Positions 8,977-19,317 of a DNA stretch of 64,000 bases are shown piece by piece (position 1 is the stretch's first letter; every line of letters begins with the position of its first letter). The notes beneath the pieces are model-generated. The model had not been told where the DNA came from. It was given only the letters and a program-made list of their open reading frames with translations, and ran no database searches. Made by a program: the position numbers and the translations under genes. The DNA is from Minisyncoccota bacterium (GTDB lineage Bacteria > Patescibacteriota > Minisyncoccia > Phycocordibacterales > UBA6065), in NCBI GenBank assembly GCA_036400935.1, contig DASWWW010000005.1, positions 21,068 to 85,067 of the forward strand, written 5' to 3'.

Positions 8977-10104
8977 CTAGACAGCCAATCGGGGCAAAAG
9001 CGGGTTTATGCGCGTGACGAGCTCGTAATTGATCGTACCGGCCATTTCGGCCATTTCCTCGGCCGATAGAACCTCCTTTCCCTGCGCGCCAATGATAACG
9101 ACCTCAGAGCCGATGCGGACGCTCGGGATGTCGGTGACGTCGATGATAGTTATATCCATCGACACGCGGCCGACGATCGGAGCCTTCTTGCCGCCGACAA
9201 GCACGTGGCCCTTGTTCGAGAGCGAGCGCGGCATGCCGTGCCAGTACCCTACCGGAATGATGGCGAGGCGCGAATTGCGCGAGAGCGTATGGGTAAGGTC
9301 ATAGCCGACTTTCGAGCCCTTCTCGACCATCTTTACCTCAGAGACGATAGTTTTCCAGCTGAGGGCCGGGACGAGTGTCGTTTCCTTTGCCCAGCGATGG
9401 ATTTCGTGCGATGGCCAGATGCCGTAGGTCGCGATGCCCGTGCGAGCCATGTCGAAATGGAAGTCCTTTGAGAAAAGGATGCCTGCCGAAGACGATGCGT
9501 GGACGATCGGAGCGAATCCCTTGGCATTGAGCTTCTTTACGATCTCTTTCAGGGCATCGCGCTGCATAACTGAATAGTCGCGGGCCATAGGGTCCTCGAT
9601 GATAGCGAAATGCGTGTAGACGCCTTCGATAGTCGCCGGGAATCCCTGCGACGAAATGAGGCGGATGACCTGCTGGACGTGCGACGGCATGATGCCTTGG
9701 CGATGGAGGCCGGTCTCAAACTTGAGGTGAATGTGAAGGGGCTTCGCGAGCTTCATCTTTGAGAGGTCCTGGAGCGACTCAAGCGACGAGATCATAAGCG
9801 AGATCTTCTTGGCGGCAGCGATCGCATAGAGTTCGGGCAAGGTATAGCCGAGAACGAGGATCGGAGCCCTGATCCCCTCCTTGCGCAATGCGAGAGCCTC
9901 GGTGATTTCATCGACAGCGAGCCATGACGCGCCGCCGGCAAGGGCCGCTTTTGCCGACGCCACGATGCCGTGCCCGTATGCATTCGATTTGACCACGGTC
10001 ATCATGACGGTCGCATCGGAAAGCAGCGCCTTCATGGTGCGCGTATTGATCGTTATGGCCTTATAATCGACTTCCACCCATGATCTGTGGGAATGTTTTT
10101 TCAT
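8977..10104 (-). CDS. alr: alanine racemase
   Basis: PLP-binding motif VVKSNAYGHG, and the C-terminal beta domain is present. 375 aa. Confidence 0.85.
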   Translation of the reverse strand: MKKHSHRSWVEVDYKAITINTRTMKALLSDATVMMTVVKSNAYGHGIVASAKAALAGGASWLAVDEITEALALRKEGIRAPILVLGYTLPELYAIAAAKKISLMISSLESLQDLSKMKLAKPLHIHLKFETGLHRQGIMPSHVQQVIRLISSQGFPATIEGVYTHFAIIEDPMARDYSVMQRDALKEIVKKLNAKGFAPIVHASSSAGILFSKDFHFDMARTGIATYGIWPSHEIHRWAKETTLVPALSWKTIVSEVKMVEKGSKVGYDLTHTLSRNSRLAIIPVGYWHGMPRSLSNKGHVLVGGKKAPIVGRVSMDITIIDVTDIPSVRIGSEVVIIGAQGKEVLSAEEMAEMAGTINYELVTRINPLLPRLAV

Positions 10105-10171
10105 ATAGAGAATATATCATGAAAAACTTGTTATACGCCGAAAATTTGGTAGAGTATTGGAGTTCCCATAT

Positions 10172-10254
10172 GCGCCGATCGAATAGCGGCTATTTCAGGA
10201 GACTGTAAATCTCCCGCCCAATGGGCATCGGGGGTTCGAGTCCCTCTCGGCGCA
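10172..10254 (+). tRNA. tRNA-Tyr (anticodon GTA), long variable arm
   Basis: Acceptor GCGCCGA/TCGGCGC. Anticodon arm GGAGA-CTGTAAA-TCTCC. Variable arm CGCCCAATGGGCATC. T-arm GGGGG-TTCGAGT-CCCTC. Confidence 0.8.
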
Positions 10255-10260
10255 CAAATG

Positions 10261-10289
10261 AAAAACACCCATTTATCGGGTGTTTTTCT
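10261..10289. terminator. bidirectional intrinsic terminator after tRNA-Tyr (+) and clpB (-)
   Basis: aaaaacaccc-atttatc-gggtgttttt. Confidence 0.55.
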
Positions 10290-10308
10290 TTGAGCAAGGA
10301 CCGAGTCC

Positions 10309-13017
10309 TTAGCTTACCTTCTCCGCCTCCATCTCTTCTCCGAAAGCCTTCAGCGAAGTCAACTTCTTGCCCTTCTTGATATCGAACGTGAACTCCCCGT
10401 TCTTGAATCCGACGGCGATAGAGCCGCCCTTGGTGACGCCCTGCGAGATCATGAATCCGGCGATCGGCGTGAGGACCTTCTCCTGGATGAGGCGCTTCAA
10501 CGGTCGCGCACCGTACTGAGGATTGTAGCCTTCCTTGGCGAGATATTCGTAGACTGCAGGCGCGATGTCGAGGATGATTTCCTTTTCCGCGAGGCGCTTT
10601 ACGATCATATCCACCTGGATTTTGACAATATCCTTGATCGAATCAGGCGAAAGCACGTCAAAGAGGATGATCGAGTCGAGTCGGTTGAGGAATTCCGGCC
10701 TGAAGTAGTCCTTGAGGCTCTCCATGACCTTGCCCTTCACGTCGTTGTACTTGGACTTGTCGCTCGAGTCAGACGCGAAGCCGAGCTTCTCCATCTTGTC
10801 GATAAACTGAGCGCCGATGTTCGAGGTAAGGATGATGACGGTATTCTTGAAGTTAACGACGCGGCCCTTGGTATCGGTCAGGCGGCCGTTGTCGAGCACC
10901 TGGAGGAGGATATTGAAGACCTCTGGATGCGCCTTCTCAACCTCGTCGAAAAGGATGACTGAGTACGGTCGGTGGCGGACCATTTCGGTGAGCGCCCCGC
11001 CCTCCTCGTAGCCGACGTAGCCTGGAGGCGCGCCGATGAGCTTGGAAGTCGAATGCTTCTCCATGAATTCGGACATGTCGACGCGGATGAGCGCCTTGTC
11101 GTCGTTGAACATGAATTCGGCGAGGGCCTTGGTGAGCTCGGTCTTTCCCACGCCGGTAGGGCCGAGGAAAAGGAATGAGCCGAGAGGCCTCTGTGGGTCT
11201 GCGATACCCGCGCGAGCGCGGCGGATGGTGTCGGCGATCTTCTGGACGGCCTCGTTCTGGCCGACGACGCGCTTTGAAAGCTCCGCCTCCATGCGCATGA
11301 GCTTGCGAGCCTCTTCCTCGAGCATTCGCGATACGGGGATGCCCGTCCATTTTGATACGATGTCCGCGATATCCTGCTCGTTGATCTCTTCCTTGAGTAT
11401 GCGGCGAGACGACTGGAGCTTCTTGAGCTTCTTTACCTTTGCGTCGAGCTCCTTTTCGAGAAGAGGTATCTTGCCGTAGCGGATTTCTGCGGCCTTGGCG
11501 AGGTCAGCTTTCAATTCAGCGGCCTCAGCTTCGAGGCGCAGCTTCTCGAGGTCCTTCTTGTGGCTCTTTATGCCGGTGAGGAGCTCCTTCTCGCCCTTCC
11601 ACTTGATCTCGAGCTCGCTTGTCTGCTCCTTGTGATCCGCGATCTCCTTTTCTATGGCCTTGATGCGGTTCTTCTGGGTCTTGGCATCGTCCTTGTTGTC
11701 CTTGGCGAGCTCGACTTCCTTCCTGAGAGCCTCGCGCTCGATCTCGAGGCGCATGACCTTCCTGTGCGTCTCTTCGAGGAGCGGCGGCTTTGACTCGAGC
11801 GAGATCTTGAGGGCCGAAGACGCCTCGTCGATGAGGTCGACGGTCTTGTCCGGCAAGAATCGGTCGGAAATGTAGCGGGACGAGAGGTTTACGGCCGCGA
11901 CGATAGCGTCATCGGTGATGCGCACGCCATGATAGAGTTCGTATTTTTCCTTTAGCCCGCGGAGGATGGCGATAGCGTCCTCGATCGAAGGCTCGGCCAC
12001 GATGACGGGCTGGAAGCGGCGCGTGAGGGCCGGATCCTTCTCGATGTACTTCTGGTATTCCTTGAGAGTCGTTGCGCCGATAGCACGGAGCTCGCCTCGA
12101 GCGAGGGCCGGCTTGAGCAGGTTGGACGCGTCCATAGAGCCTTCAGATGCTCCGGCGCCGACGATGGTGTGGATCTCGTCGATAAAGAGGATGACCTTGC
12201 CCTCCGATCGCTCGACTTCCTTCATGATATTCTTGAGGCGCTCCTCGAATTCGCCGCGGTACTTCGTTCCGGCGACGAGAAGGCCGAGGTCGAGCAGTAC
12301 GAGCTCTTTGTTCTTGAGAGATTCAGGCACGTCGTTCTGGGCCATGCGCAATGCAAGGCCTTCGACGATGGCGGTCTTTCCTACTCCCGCCTCTCCGATG
12401 AGGATCGGATTGTTTTTCGTGCGGCGCGAGAGGATCTGGATGATGCGGTTGATCTCCTGGTCGCGGCCGATGACCGGGTCGAGCTTGTTCTCGGCGGCGA
12501 GCTTTGTGAGGCTCTTGGTGTACTTCAAAAGCGCGCGCGGCTTCTTTGCGGCTGCGGGCTCGGAGGTCTTTGCCTCGCGGATCTCCTCGAGGACCTTCAT
12601 GACGTTAGGCTTGGTGATGCGGAATTTCGCGAGGGTCTCGCTCGTCGGAGATGGGATTTCAAGGAGGGCGATGAAGAGGTGCTCGGTCGAGATGAACTCA
12701 TCCTTGAGGGTGGCTGCGACTTTGGCGGAATTTTCGATTGCCTGAGCGAGCTCTGGAGTGAGGTAGATCTGATACGACTGCGAGAGGGTCGCGCCGGTTC
12801 CCGCGCCTTCGATCTGCTCGGCGATGGAGTCGGAAAGCAATATGATGTCCACCTCGAGCTTTTCGAGGATGGCGGTAACGATCGATTCGTCCTGGAGGAT
12901 GAGGGCAGAAAGAAGGTGGAGCGGATTTACGTGGTTCTGGCCTCGCTCGATCGCAAGCTCGTGCGCCCTGCGGATCGCCTCTTTCGCCTTGGTCGTAAAG
13001 TGGTTAAGTGGTGGCAT
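10309..13017 (-). CDS. clpB: ATP-dependent chaperone ClpB (Clp/Hsp100 family, two AAA+ modules with a long middle coiled-coil)
   Basis: Clp_N repeats. NBD1 Walker [13 protein letters not shown]2 GPTGVGKTE. Long M-domain, and the ClpB C-terminal domain is present. 902 aa. Confidence 0.9.
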   Translation of the reverse strand: MPPLNHFTTKAKEAIRRAHELAIERGQNHVNPLHLLSALILQDESIVTAILEKLEVDIILLSDSIAEQIEGAGTGATLSQSYQIYLTPELAQAIENSAKVAATLKDEFISTEHLFIALLEIPSPTSETLAKFRITKPNVMKVLEEIREAKTSEPAAAKKPRALLKYTKSLTKLAAENKLDPVIGRDQEINRIIQILSRRTKNNPILIGEAGVGKTAIVEGLALRMAQNDVPESLKNKELVLLDLGLLVAGTKYRGEFEERLKNIMKEVERSEGKVILFIDEIHTIVGAGASEGSMDASNLLKPALARGELRAIGATTLKEYQKYIEKDPALTRRFQPVIVAEPSIEDAIAILRGLKEKYELYHGVRITDDAIVAAVNLSSRYISDRFLPDKTVDLIDEASSALKISLESKPPLLEETHRKVMRLEIEREALRKEVELAKDNKDDAKTQKNRIKAIEKEIADHKEQTSELEIKWKGEKELLTGIKSHKKDLEKLRLEAEAAELKADLAKAAEIRYGKIPLLEKELDAKVKKLKKLQSSRRILKEEINEQDIADIVSKWTGIPVSRMLEEEARKLMRMEAELSKRVVGQNEAVQKIADTIRRARAGIADPQRPLGSFLFLGPTGVGKTELTKALAEFMFNDDKALIRVDMSEFMEKHSTSKLIGAPPGYVGYEEGGALTEMVRHRPYSVILFDEVEKAHPEVFNILLQVLDNGRLTDTKGRVVNFKNTVIILTSNIGAQFIDKMEKLGFASDSSDKSKYNDVKGKVMESLKDYFRPEFLNRLDSIILFDVLSPDSIKDIVKIQVDMIVKRLAEKEIILDIAPAVYEYLAKEGYNPQYGARPLKRLIQEKVLTPIAGFMISQGVTKGGSIAVGFKNGEFTFDIKKGKKLTSLKAFGEEMEAEKVS

Positions 13018-13244
13018 TTGTGTGTTGAAAGGCCCTTCGGAGGCCTGTATTAAGCGGTTTAAGGTTGGGACGGGTCCGCTCCTGTCATATTACGGTAAAA
13101 CGCTTAGATAATGAAGCCTCCCTACCTCTTTCTGCCTGTTCGGGGCACAGGTCGTTCCGGTGGACGGAACGCCTTCACTCTCGCGCCGTCGCGCTCCGAG
13201 AGTCCTCATCCAAGGCGAAAGAGAGGGACATGAGCTTCAATAAT
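13018..13244 (-). promoter_or_regulatory. structured 227-nt leader/intergenic region upstream of clpB (multiple GC-rich hairpins; the last hairpin sequesters an AAGGG SD-like sequence 15 nt before the ATG)
   Basis: On the minus strand I see ACTCTCGGAGCGCG-ACGG-CGCGAGAGT, GTTCCG-tccac-CGGAAC and GGCCTCCGAAGGGCC immediately before the clpB ATG. Confidence 0.3.
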
Positions 13245-14453
13245 CTAGAGCGATCGGATGGCGGAAATTATTTTGTCTACGTCAGATTTTGAAGCGTCGG
13301 GAGAGAATGTGAATCTCAAGGTTTTTGACGCGCGCCATGACTGGTCTGGCTTGTCGCCGATGAGGCTTTTGACGACGTACGACTGCTCTTCCCCTTTGAG
13401 GCACGAGCTTTTGGTCGAGCAGGCGATGCCCGCCTTGTCGAGCTGGAGGACCGCGAATTCAGGGTCAGTGATTTCAGGAAGAGAGATGTTTATGTTGTTC
13501 GGAAGGCGCTTGTCGATCGAGCCGTTTACGATCGCGGTCGGCAATTCCCGCGCGATGCGGTCAAAAAAGTATTTCTGGGTTGCTGATGCGGATTTCTCGC
13601 GAGCGACCCTGCCCTCTTGAGCTATTGCGAGAGCCTCAGTGAAACCTGAGACAAGCTCGAGCGATTCGGTGGTCGGGCGCATGCCGCGCTCCTGGCCACC
13701 GCCAAGTATTAGGGGCTCAAATGAAACATTGCGGCGGACGATAAGGGCGCCGACGCCTTTCGGGCCCTGCATTTTATGAGCATCGAACGTAATGGCGTCG
13801 GCGCGCAGTCCCTCAATCTCGCACGAGAGCCAGAGAGGAGCCTGCGAAGCGTCCACATGGAAGACCGGAAACGCCGCGGTCGGGTCGACAGCTTCGCCCT
13901 GAGCGGAGATTTTCTGCGCGCGGATCTTGCGGATACCGGCACCGATCTTTGAAACGGGCTGGATGGTACCGATCTCATTGTTCGCGTACATGCAGGTGAC
14001 GAGAGCTGTCTGAGGAGTGATCGCAGAAAGAATATCTTCAGCGCGGACGATACCGTCTGCCCCTGGGGCGACATACGTCACCTTAACGCCATGGCTTTCA
14101 AAAATACGGACGGTCTCGAGAACCGATGAATGCTCGATCGTCGTGGTAACGACATGGACGTCGCTCGGCTTGATTCCCTTCTCCAGTCGAGTGCGGATGA
14201 CGCCCTGGATGATGGTACCGTTTGCTTCGGTGCCGCCGGAAGTGAAATAGACCTCCTCAGGCTTCACGCCGATGAGGCGCGCGCTTCGCGCGCGCCTCTC
14301 TTCAAGCGCCTTCTTAGCCCTTACGCCCTCCTTGTGAATAGCGCTCGGATTCGCCCAGAATACGCGGGCCTCCGCCATTGCCTTTGCGACGCGCGGATGC
14401 AAGGGCGTAGTTGCCGCCCAGTCCGCGTATATGCGCTTCTTTGAAAAAATCAT
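13245..14453 (-). CDS. cysteine desulfurase (class V aminotransferase, NifS/IscS family)
   Basis: PLP-lysine context FDAHKMQGPKGVGAL. C-terminal SSCLKGEE active-site Cys loop. 402 aa. Confidence 0.85.
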   Translation of the reverse strand: MIFSKKRIYADWAATTPLHPRVAKAMAEARVFWANPSAIHKEGVRAKKALEERRARSARLIGVKPEEVYFTSGGTEANGTIIQGVIRTRLEKGIKPSDVHVVTTTIEHSSVLETVRIFESHGVKVTYVAPGADGIVRAEDILSAITPQTALVTCMYANNEIGTIQPVSKIGAGIRKIRAQKISAQGEAVDPTAAFPVFHVDASQAPLWLSCEIEGLRADAITFDAHKMQGPKGVGALIVRRNVSFEPLILGGGQERGMRPTTESLELVSGFTEALAIAQEGRVAREKSASATQKYFFDRIARELPTAIVNGSIDKRLPNNINISLPEITDPEFAVLQLDKAGIACSTKSSCLKGEEQSYVVKSLIGDKPDQSWRASKTLRFTFSPDASKSDVDKIISAIRSL

Positions 14454-14752
14454 GATCCCAGTATAGCAGTCTCGAGCGTAGTTATGCGCCCGCCCTGTTG
14501 CTTGACCTGAGGAATTACAAGGTCGGTCTTTTTCTCAACCTTTTCGAGGCGTGTCTCGACTTTATTCAAACCGACCTCAACACCGTCGAGCCGAACCTCG
14601 ACTTTCTCAAGACGCGCCTCAACCCCATTGAGCCGGCTCTCGACCTTATCCAGCCTCCGATCAACGCCATCAAATCTCCCATCCACTGCCAAAAAGCCCT
14701 TCTGGACCATCATCGCGAGATCATCGACTGTAACTTTTGACACAGCATTCAT
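14450..14752 (-). CDS. small coiled-coil protein with six tandem heptads (RLxxVEx), translationally coupled (ATGA overlap) to the cysteine desulfurase
   Basis: DRRLDKVES-RLNGVEA-RLEKVEV-RLDGVEV-GLNKVET-RLEKVEK, which is a 21-nt DNA periodicity. Confidence 0.5.
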   Translation of the reverse strand: MNAVSKVTVDDLAMMVQKGFLAVDGRFDGVDRRLDKVESRLNGVEARLEKVEVRLDGVEVGLNKVETRLEKVEKKTDLVIPQVKQQGGRITTLETAILGS

Positions 14753-14828
14753 AGATTTAATTCTAATGCCGTCATCTTACAAGATCAATGATAAAGAAAT
14801 TATAAAAATTCGCCCGTAGAGCATATAG

Positions 14829-14861
14829 CAAAAGGGGCGGTCGCATTGCTGCGACCGCCCC
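14829..14861 (-). terminator. intrinsic terminator downstream of the 14877..15104 gene
   Basis: On minus: ggggcggtcgcagcaatgcgaccgcccc followed by ttttg. Confidence 0.5.
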
Positions 14862-14876
14862 GAACAACTTACCGGA

Positions 14877-15104
14877 TCACCACATCCACGGATCCTTCTT
14901 CTCGCGCCGGATATACCATTCGGCGAAGACGATCGGAATCGCAAGGAGCGCATAGACCCAATAGGTCAGAGAAATCCGGCCAAACTGGTCGGGCCAAAGG
15001 TCCATCAGAAGGACCGAGGCCGTCGAGGTATACATGATGCCTCGCAGGATGACCGTCGATTTCTTTTCAGGCTTTTGAATAGGATTGCTTTCCATAGGTT
15101 TCAA
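14877..15104 (-). CDS. small membrane protein (hypothetical)
   Basis: 75 aa with two hydrophobic helices, and it has its own terminator. Confidence 0.35.
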   Translation of the reverse strand: MKPMESNPIQKPEKKSTVILRGIMYTSTASVLLMDLWPDQFGRISLTYWVYALLAIPIVFAEWYIRREKKDPWMW

Positions 15105-15199
15105 AAGAGAGCCTCGAACCGTCTCGCCTCCCTCTTTTGAAACCTAACCTCACATTCTTTTAATATTATACACTTAAATATAGTAAAAGTCAATTCGAT

Positions 15200-15231
15200 A
15201 AAAAAGCCCGTCCAAATCCATTTGGACGGGC
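15200..15231 (-). terminator. intrinsic terminator downstream of the ABC exporter gene
   Basis: On minus: gcccgtccaaatggatttggacgggc followed by ttttt. Confidence 0.55.
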
Positions 15232-15237
15232 CAAGGC

Positions 15238-17061
15238 TTAGTCGCCTGCCAGCTCTGCGCGGAGAACCCTCTCGCGATAGCCAACAATCTCATCGCCGCG
15301 ATACTCGCCGACCACTCGCCCGTCGTCGATCTCGATCACGCGATCGAAATGCGACAGGTAAAGCGGGTCATGAGCGATCACGACAATCGTCTTGCCGGCG
15401 AAGCTCCGCAGGCTCTGATAGAACAGGCTCCGGGTCTGCGAATCGCAGTTCGACATGGGCTCGTCGAAGAATCCGGCAAACACGTCGTCCCGCAGCAGCC
15501 TGTAGAAGGCGGCCGTGAGCTTGATACGCTGCTTCTCGCCGCTCGAGAAGCCGACGCCGCCCGGCCAATCCTCGCCAACCTGCGTATCGAAGCCCTTCTC
15601 GAGCCGCACGATGAAATCGTACGAGCCAGCGAGCCTCGCTGCCCTCACGAGCCTCGAGTCGTCGACGTATGCCCGAGAGCAGCCGGCGATCAGCTCGTAG
15701 AGCGGAACGTCCAGAGACGTCGCATCCTGAGTGACGCACATGACGCGATCAAGCAGGCTTTCCTGAGTGATCGACGACGTAGATTGCCTGCCCACGAGGA
15801 CGAGGCCCAGATTAGGCAGGTACACTTTGATTAGCATGCGCAGGAGCGTCGTCTTGCCCGCTCCGTTCTTGCCGACGAAAGCCACGACCTCGCCCGAAGC
15901 GATCGACAGGCTGCACCTGTCGAGCGCCAGCCTGTTCTGACCCGGATAAGAGAAGCTCACGTCGCACACCTCGAACTTCGGAGCAGCCGTGACTTCAAGC
16001 TTTTGGCACCCCGTCTCGTCGATGAGCGGCTGCGTCGCATGGAATTCCTCGAGATAGGCGTAATCTGTACATGCGCTGTTCAGATTGACGACCACCCTCG
16101 AGAAGCCCGCAAGCGACCTGCCCATTGTCTTCATCGCGCCGAGAAAGAAGAAGCCTTTCACGATAGTCAGGCTTCCGTCTACCAATCCCTGGCCGAGGTA
16201 GAGCATCGCGAGCGCAACCATGACTACGTCCAGCACGCTCAGCGAGAGCTCCGCCTTGAACTCGAAGAGCTTCATGTCGCGATTAGACGCCCGGAGCTTA
16301 TCGGCATAGCCGGAAAAGCGCGCGAGCATATAATCGGCGAACCGAAACATCTTTGCCTGCACGACGCCGAACCGGCTCGTAACGCAGCGCGCGTACTCGT
16401 CCCTCGAGCGCCGCAAGTCATGCTCGCCCTCAAAGCGCGTGCGCCGCTTCTTCTCTATGACCGCGGCCCGAATAGTCTTTGGGACTACCGGTACGAGAGC
16501 GAGGAAGATAAGCGCGGGACTCAGCGCGAATATGACGCCTAGCGATGCGATAACGCCGCAGACGGCGCCGATCAGTGCCATCTGCGTATTCCAAAGCTTC
16601 AGGACGGAAGCCTCCCCCCGAACCGCCGCCCGCTCCTTAAGAGCGATGAATGACGGATCGGTGAGCCTGCCGAGATCGAGGGACCGCAGCTTGCTGATCT
16701 TCTTGCCCTTCAGCCTGAAGCCGAGCTCGTCTTCGAGCAGCTCCCTCTTCCAGTCGTGAATCGCGTCGAAAACAGCGATCACGAACATATAGGCAAGCAG
16801 GCCCAGGGTGTATAGGGAGACCGCGCTGTACGTGACCTTTCCCGCTTCCTGATACCCATCTACCGTCTCCTGGATGAGAACGCCGACAAAAGCGATGATT
16901 CCGATGGAAGACAGCCCTCCCGTAACCGCCTTGACCCATGACCATTTGACTAGCCGCGGATCTATAGAACGCATGAGCGCGTTGACCTCCCTTACCTGAC
17001 GTCGGGAATTCCTGATTGCCAGGAAAAACTCCCGGATTCGATTAATCGCCCGAACGAGCAT
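15238..17061 (-). CDS. ABC transporter permease/ATP-binding protein (type I exporter)
   Basis: N-terminal TM domain. Walker A GKNGAGKTTLL, signature FSSGEKQRIKL, and a D-loop. Confidence 0.8.
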   Translation of the reverse strand: MLVRAINRIREFFLAIRNSRRQVREVNALMRSIDPRLVKWSWVKAVTGGLSSIGIIAFVGVLIQETVDGYQEAGKVTYSAVSLYTLGLLAYMFVIAVFDAIHDWKRELLEDELGFRLKGKKISKLRSLDLGRLTDPSFIALKERAAVRGEASVLKLWNTQMALIGAVCGVIASLGVIFALSPALIFLALVPVVPKTIRAAVIEKKRRTRFEGEHDLRRSRDEYARCVTSRFGVVQAKMFRFADYMLARFSGYADKLRASNRDMKLFEFKAELSLSVLDVVMVALAMLYLGQGLVDGSLTIVKGFFFLGAMKTMGRSLAGFSRVVVNLNSACTDYAYLEEFHATQPLIDETGCQKLEVTAAPKFEVCDVSFSYPGQNRLALDRCSLSIASGEVVAFVGKNGAGKTTLLRMLIKVYLPNLGLVLVGRQSTSSITQESLLDRVMCVTQDATSLDVPLYELIAGCSRAYVDDSRLVRAARLAGSYDFIVRLEKGFDTQVGEDWPGGVGFSSGEKQRIKLTAAFYRLLRDDVFAGFFDEPMSNCDSQTRSLFYQSLRSFAGKTIVVIAHDPLYLSHFDRVIEIDDGRVVGEYRGDEIVGYRERVLRAELAGD

Positions 17062-17216
17062 GATGTTATGCCTTTCTTTGTTTGCTGACGTTTGTGTTGA
17101 GTTGTTTGCTATTTCAAAAAATCCTTCGTCGTAATAACATTAAAGATATAAAAAGTCAATAATAAGCTCTCCGCCCCAGATTGCCTTTAGGCGCCGAATG
17201 GGCTAATATACAAGCC

Positions 17217-17693
17217 ATGATTCTTGATCCGTACATTCTTATCGGCGTATTGGCGCTCCTCCTCGTTTTGACGGTCGCGGACCACTTTGTCCTGCGCCGA
17301 AAGATCACGAAGCTCCTGCGCGGAGGCAAGAACGAGAACATCGGCCAGGCCATGTCTTCGATCAATGCGGATATCAAGGACCTCGAGAAGTTCCGGAGCG
17401 AGATGGAGGAGTACCTCCTTACCATCGAGAAGCGCATGCGGCGAGCGTCGCAGGCTGCGGAAACCATCCGCTTCAATGCCTTTCGCGGAGACGGCCTTTC
17501 CGGAAACCAGAGCTTCGCTACCGCTTTCCTAAACGAGGAGGGCGACGGCACCGTCCTCTCGAGCATCTACTCCCGAGAGCGCGTATCCGTCTTCGCGAAG
17601 CCGATCGTGAAATTCGCCTCTTCGACGGTAGACCTATCCCAGGAAGAGAAGCAGGCGATCTCGGCAGCAAAGGCGAAGCTCGCGGCAAAGTAA
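17217..17693 (+). CDS. DUF4446-like membrane-anchored protein
   Basis: Single N-terminal TM then a coiled region (KDLEKFRSEMEEYLLTIEKRMRR). Start taken at MILDPYILIG. Confidence 0.45.
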   Translation: MILDPYILIGVLALLLVLTVADHFVLRRKITKLLRGGKNENIGQAMSSINADIKDLEKFRSEMEEYLLTIEKRMRRASQAAETIRFNAFRGDGLSGNQSFATAFLNEEGDGTVLSSIYSRERVSVFAKPIVKFASSTVDLSQEEKQAISAAKAKLAAK

Positions 17694-17747
17694 AAACCCA
17701 AACTGTATTGCGCTCCGCACTACGATGAAAACTTTAATTTCAAAGCT

Positions 17748-19295
17748 ATGGCTAAAAAAAATACACAATCGAATAGCCAGACGCCCGGCGCTTTGCAAAA
17801 GCGCTCTCCTGTCGTAGCAATCCTCGGCCATATCGACCACGGCAAGTCGACCCTGCTCGACTATATCCGCAAGTCGCACATCGTAGACGAGGAAGCCGGC
17901 GGCATCACTCAGAGCATTTCGGCATATGAGGTGGAGCGTCCCAATGGCGACAAGATCGAGAAGATCACCTTTATCGATACTCCGGGCCACGAGGCATTTT
18001 CCGGCATGCGCGAGCGCGGCGCCACGACCGCCGACATCGCCCTTCTCATCGTATCAGCAGAAGACGGCGTAAAGACCCAGACCATCGAGGCATACAAGGA
18101 GATCGAGAAGGCAAAAGTGCCTTTCATCGTCGCCATCAACAAGATCGACAAGCCTAACGCCAACGTCGAGAAGGTCAAGAATTCCCTTGCCGAGGCAGGC
18201 GTATACCTCGAAGGCTACGGAGGCAGCATCTCGTACGTGCCCATTTCGGCTAAAACGGGCCAGGGCGTCGACGAACTGCTCGACATGATCACCCTTACCG
18301 CGGACGTCGCAGACCTCAAGGGAGATGCCTCGAAGCCCGCATCAGGCTCTATCATCGAGGCGCACCGCGATCCAAAGAAAGGCATCTCGGCCACCCTCAT
18401 CATCAAGAACGGAACCATGGGTCCCGGCATGTTCGTCGCGTCAGGCGCCGCTTTCTCCCCTACCCGCATCATCGAGAACCATGCTGGCAAGAAAGTGACC
18501 GAGGCCTCGTTCTCGTCCCCTGTCAGCCTCGTAGGCTGGAATGAGGCGCCGAAGGTCGGCAGCTCGTTCGAGTCATTCACGTCAAAGAGGGACCTCGAGG
18601 AATACCTCGAGACCGCGCAGGAATTGGCCGATGCCGCCGAGGCAGCCGAGGCCTCGTCAGGGCCAGTTGCCGGCATCGGCCAGGAAACCCGCAAGGTCAT
18701 CCCCGTCATCATCAAGGCCGACGTCATCGGCTCCGTCGAGGCGATCGCCCACGAGATGAAGAAGATCAAGAACGACCGCGTAGTCGTGAAGGTCATCCTC
18801 TCGTCGATCGGCGACGTCACCGAGTCCGACATCAAGGGCGCCGGCGCAAACAAGGAGACCATCATTGTCGGCTTCAACGTAAAAATCGACAGCCGAGCCC
18901 AGGCCATGATCGAGCGCCTCGAGATGCAGGCAGCCACGTTCGACATCATCTACAAGCTCGTCGAGTATCTCCAGGACAAGGTCGTCGAGCGCACCCCGAA
19001 GGTCGAGGTCGAGGAGACCGTCGGCAAGGCAAAGATCCTCAAGTGCTTCAGCGCCAACAAGGACAAGCAGATCGTCGGAGGCAAGGTCATCGACCGCGAG
19101 ATAAACCTCGGCCACAAGGTAAAGATCTACCGCCGCGAGACCATCATCGGCGACGGCGTCATCCGCGAGCTCCAGCAGGCCAAGGTAAAGGCGAGCACCG
19201 TGAACGAGGGCTTCGAGTTCGGAACCATGATCGACTCAAAGATCGAGCTCGCCCCCGGAGACGTCATCGAGGACTTTATTATCGTTTCAAAATAA
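17748..19295 (+). CDS. infB: translation initiation factor IF-2 (compact form lacking the long N-terminal extension)
   Basis: G1 GHIDHGKST, G3 DTPGHEAF, G4 NKID, then C-terminal beta-barrel domains. 515 aa. Confidence 0.9.
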   Translation: MAKKNTQSNSQTPGALQKRSPVVAILGHIDHGKSTLLDYIRKSHIVDEEAGGITQSISAYEVERPNGDKIEKITFIDTPGHEAFSGMRERGATTADIALLIVSAEDGVKTQTIEAYKEIEKAKVPFIVAINKIDKPNANVEKVKNSLAEAGVYLEGYGGSISYVPISAKTGQGVDELLDMITLTADVADLKGDASKPASGSIIEAHRDPKKGISATLIIKNGTMGPGMFVASGAAFSPTRIIENHAGKKVTEASFSSPVSLVGWNEAPKVGSSFESFTSKRDLEEYLETAQELADAAEAAEASSGPVAGIGQETRKVIPVIIKADVIGSVEAIAHEMKKIKNDRVVVKVILSSIGDVTESDIKGAGANKETIIVGFNVKIDSRAQAMIERLEMQAATFDIIYKLVEYLQDKVVERTPKVEVEETVGKAKILKCFSANKDKQIVGGKVIDREINLGHKVKIYRRETIIGDGVIRELQQAKVKASTVNEGFEFGTMIDSKIELAPGDVIEDFIIVSK

Positions 19296-19317
19296 GCGCC
19301 GCGCGCCTTAAAACAAA

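Noticed and set aside
10817-13053. Multiple 60-300 aa ORFs overlapping clpB on both strands, e.g. 11966..12745 + and 12169..13053 +.
   Set aside because: They lie inside a confidently identified 902-aa ClpB gene. Arg/Ala/Ser-rich low-complexity translations are typical of GC-rich noise.
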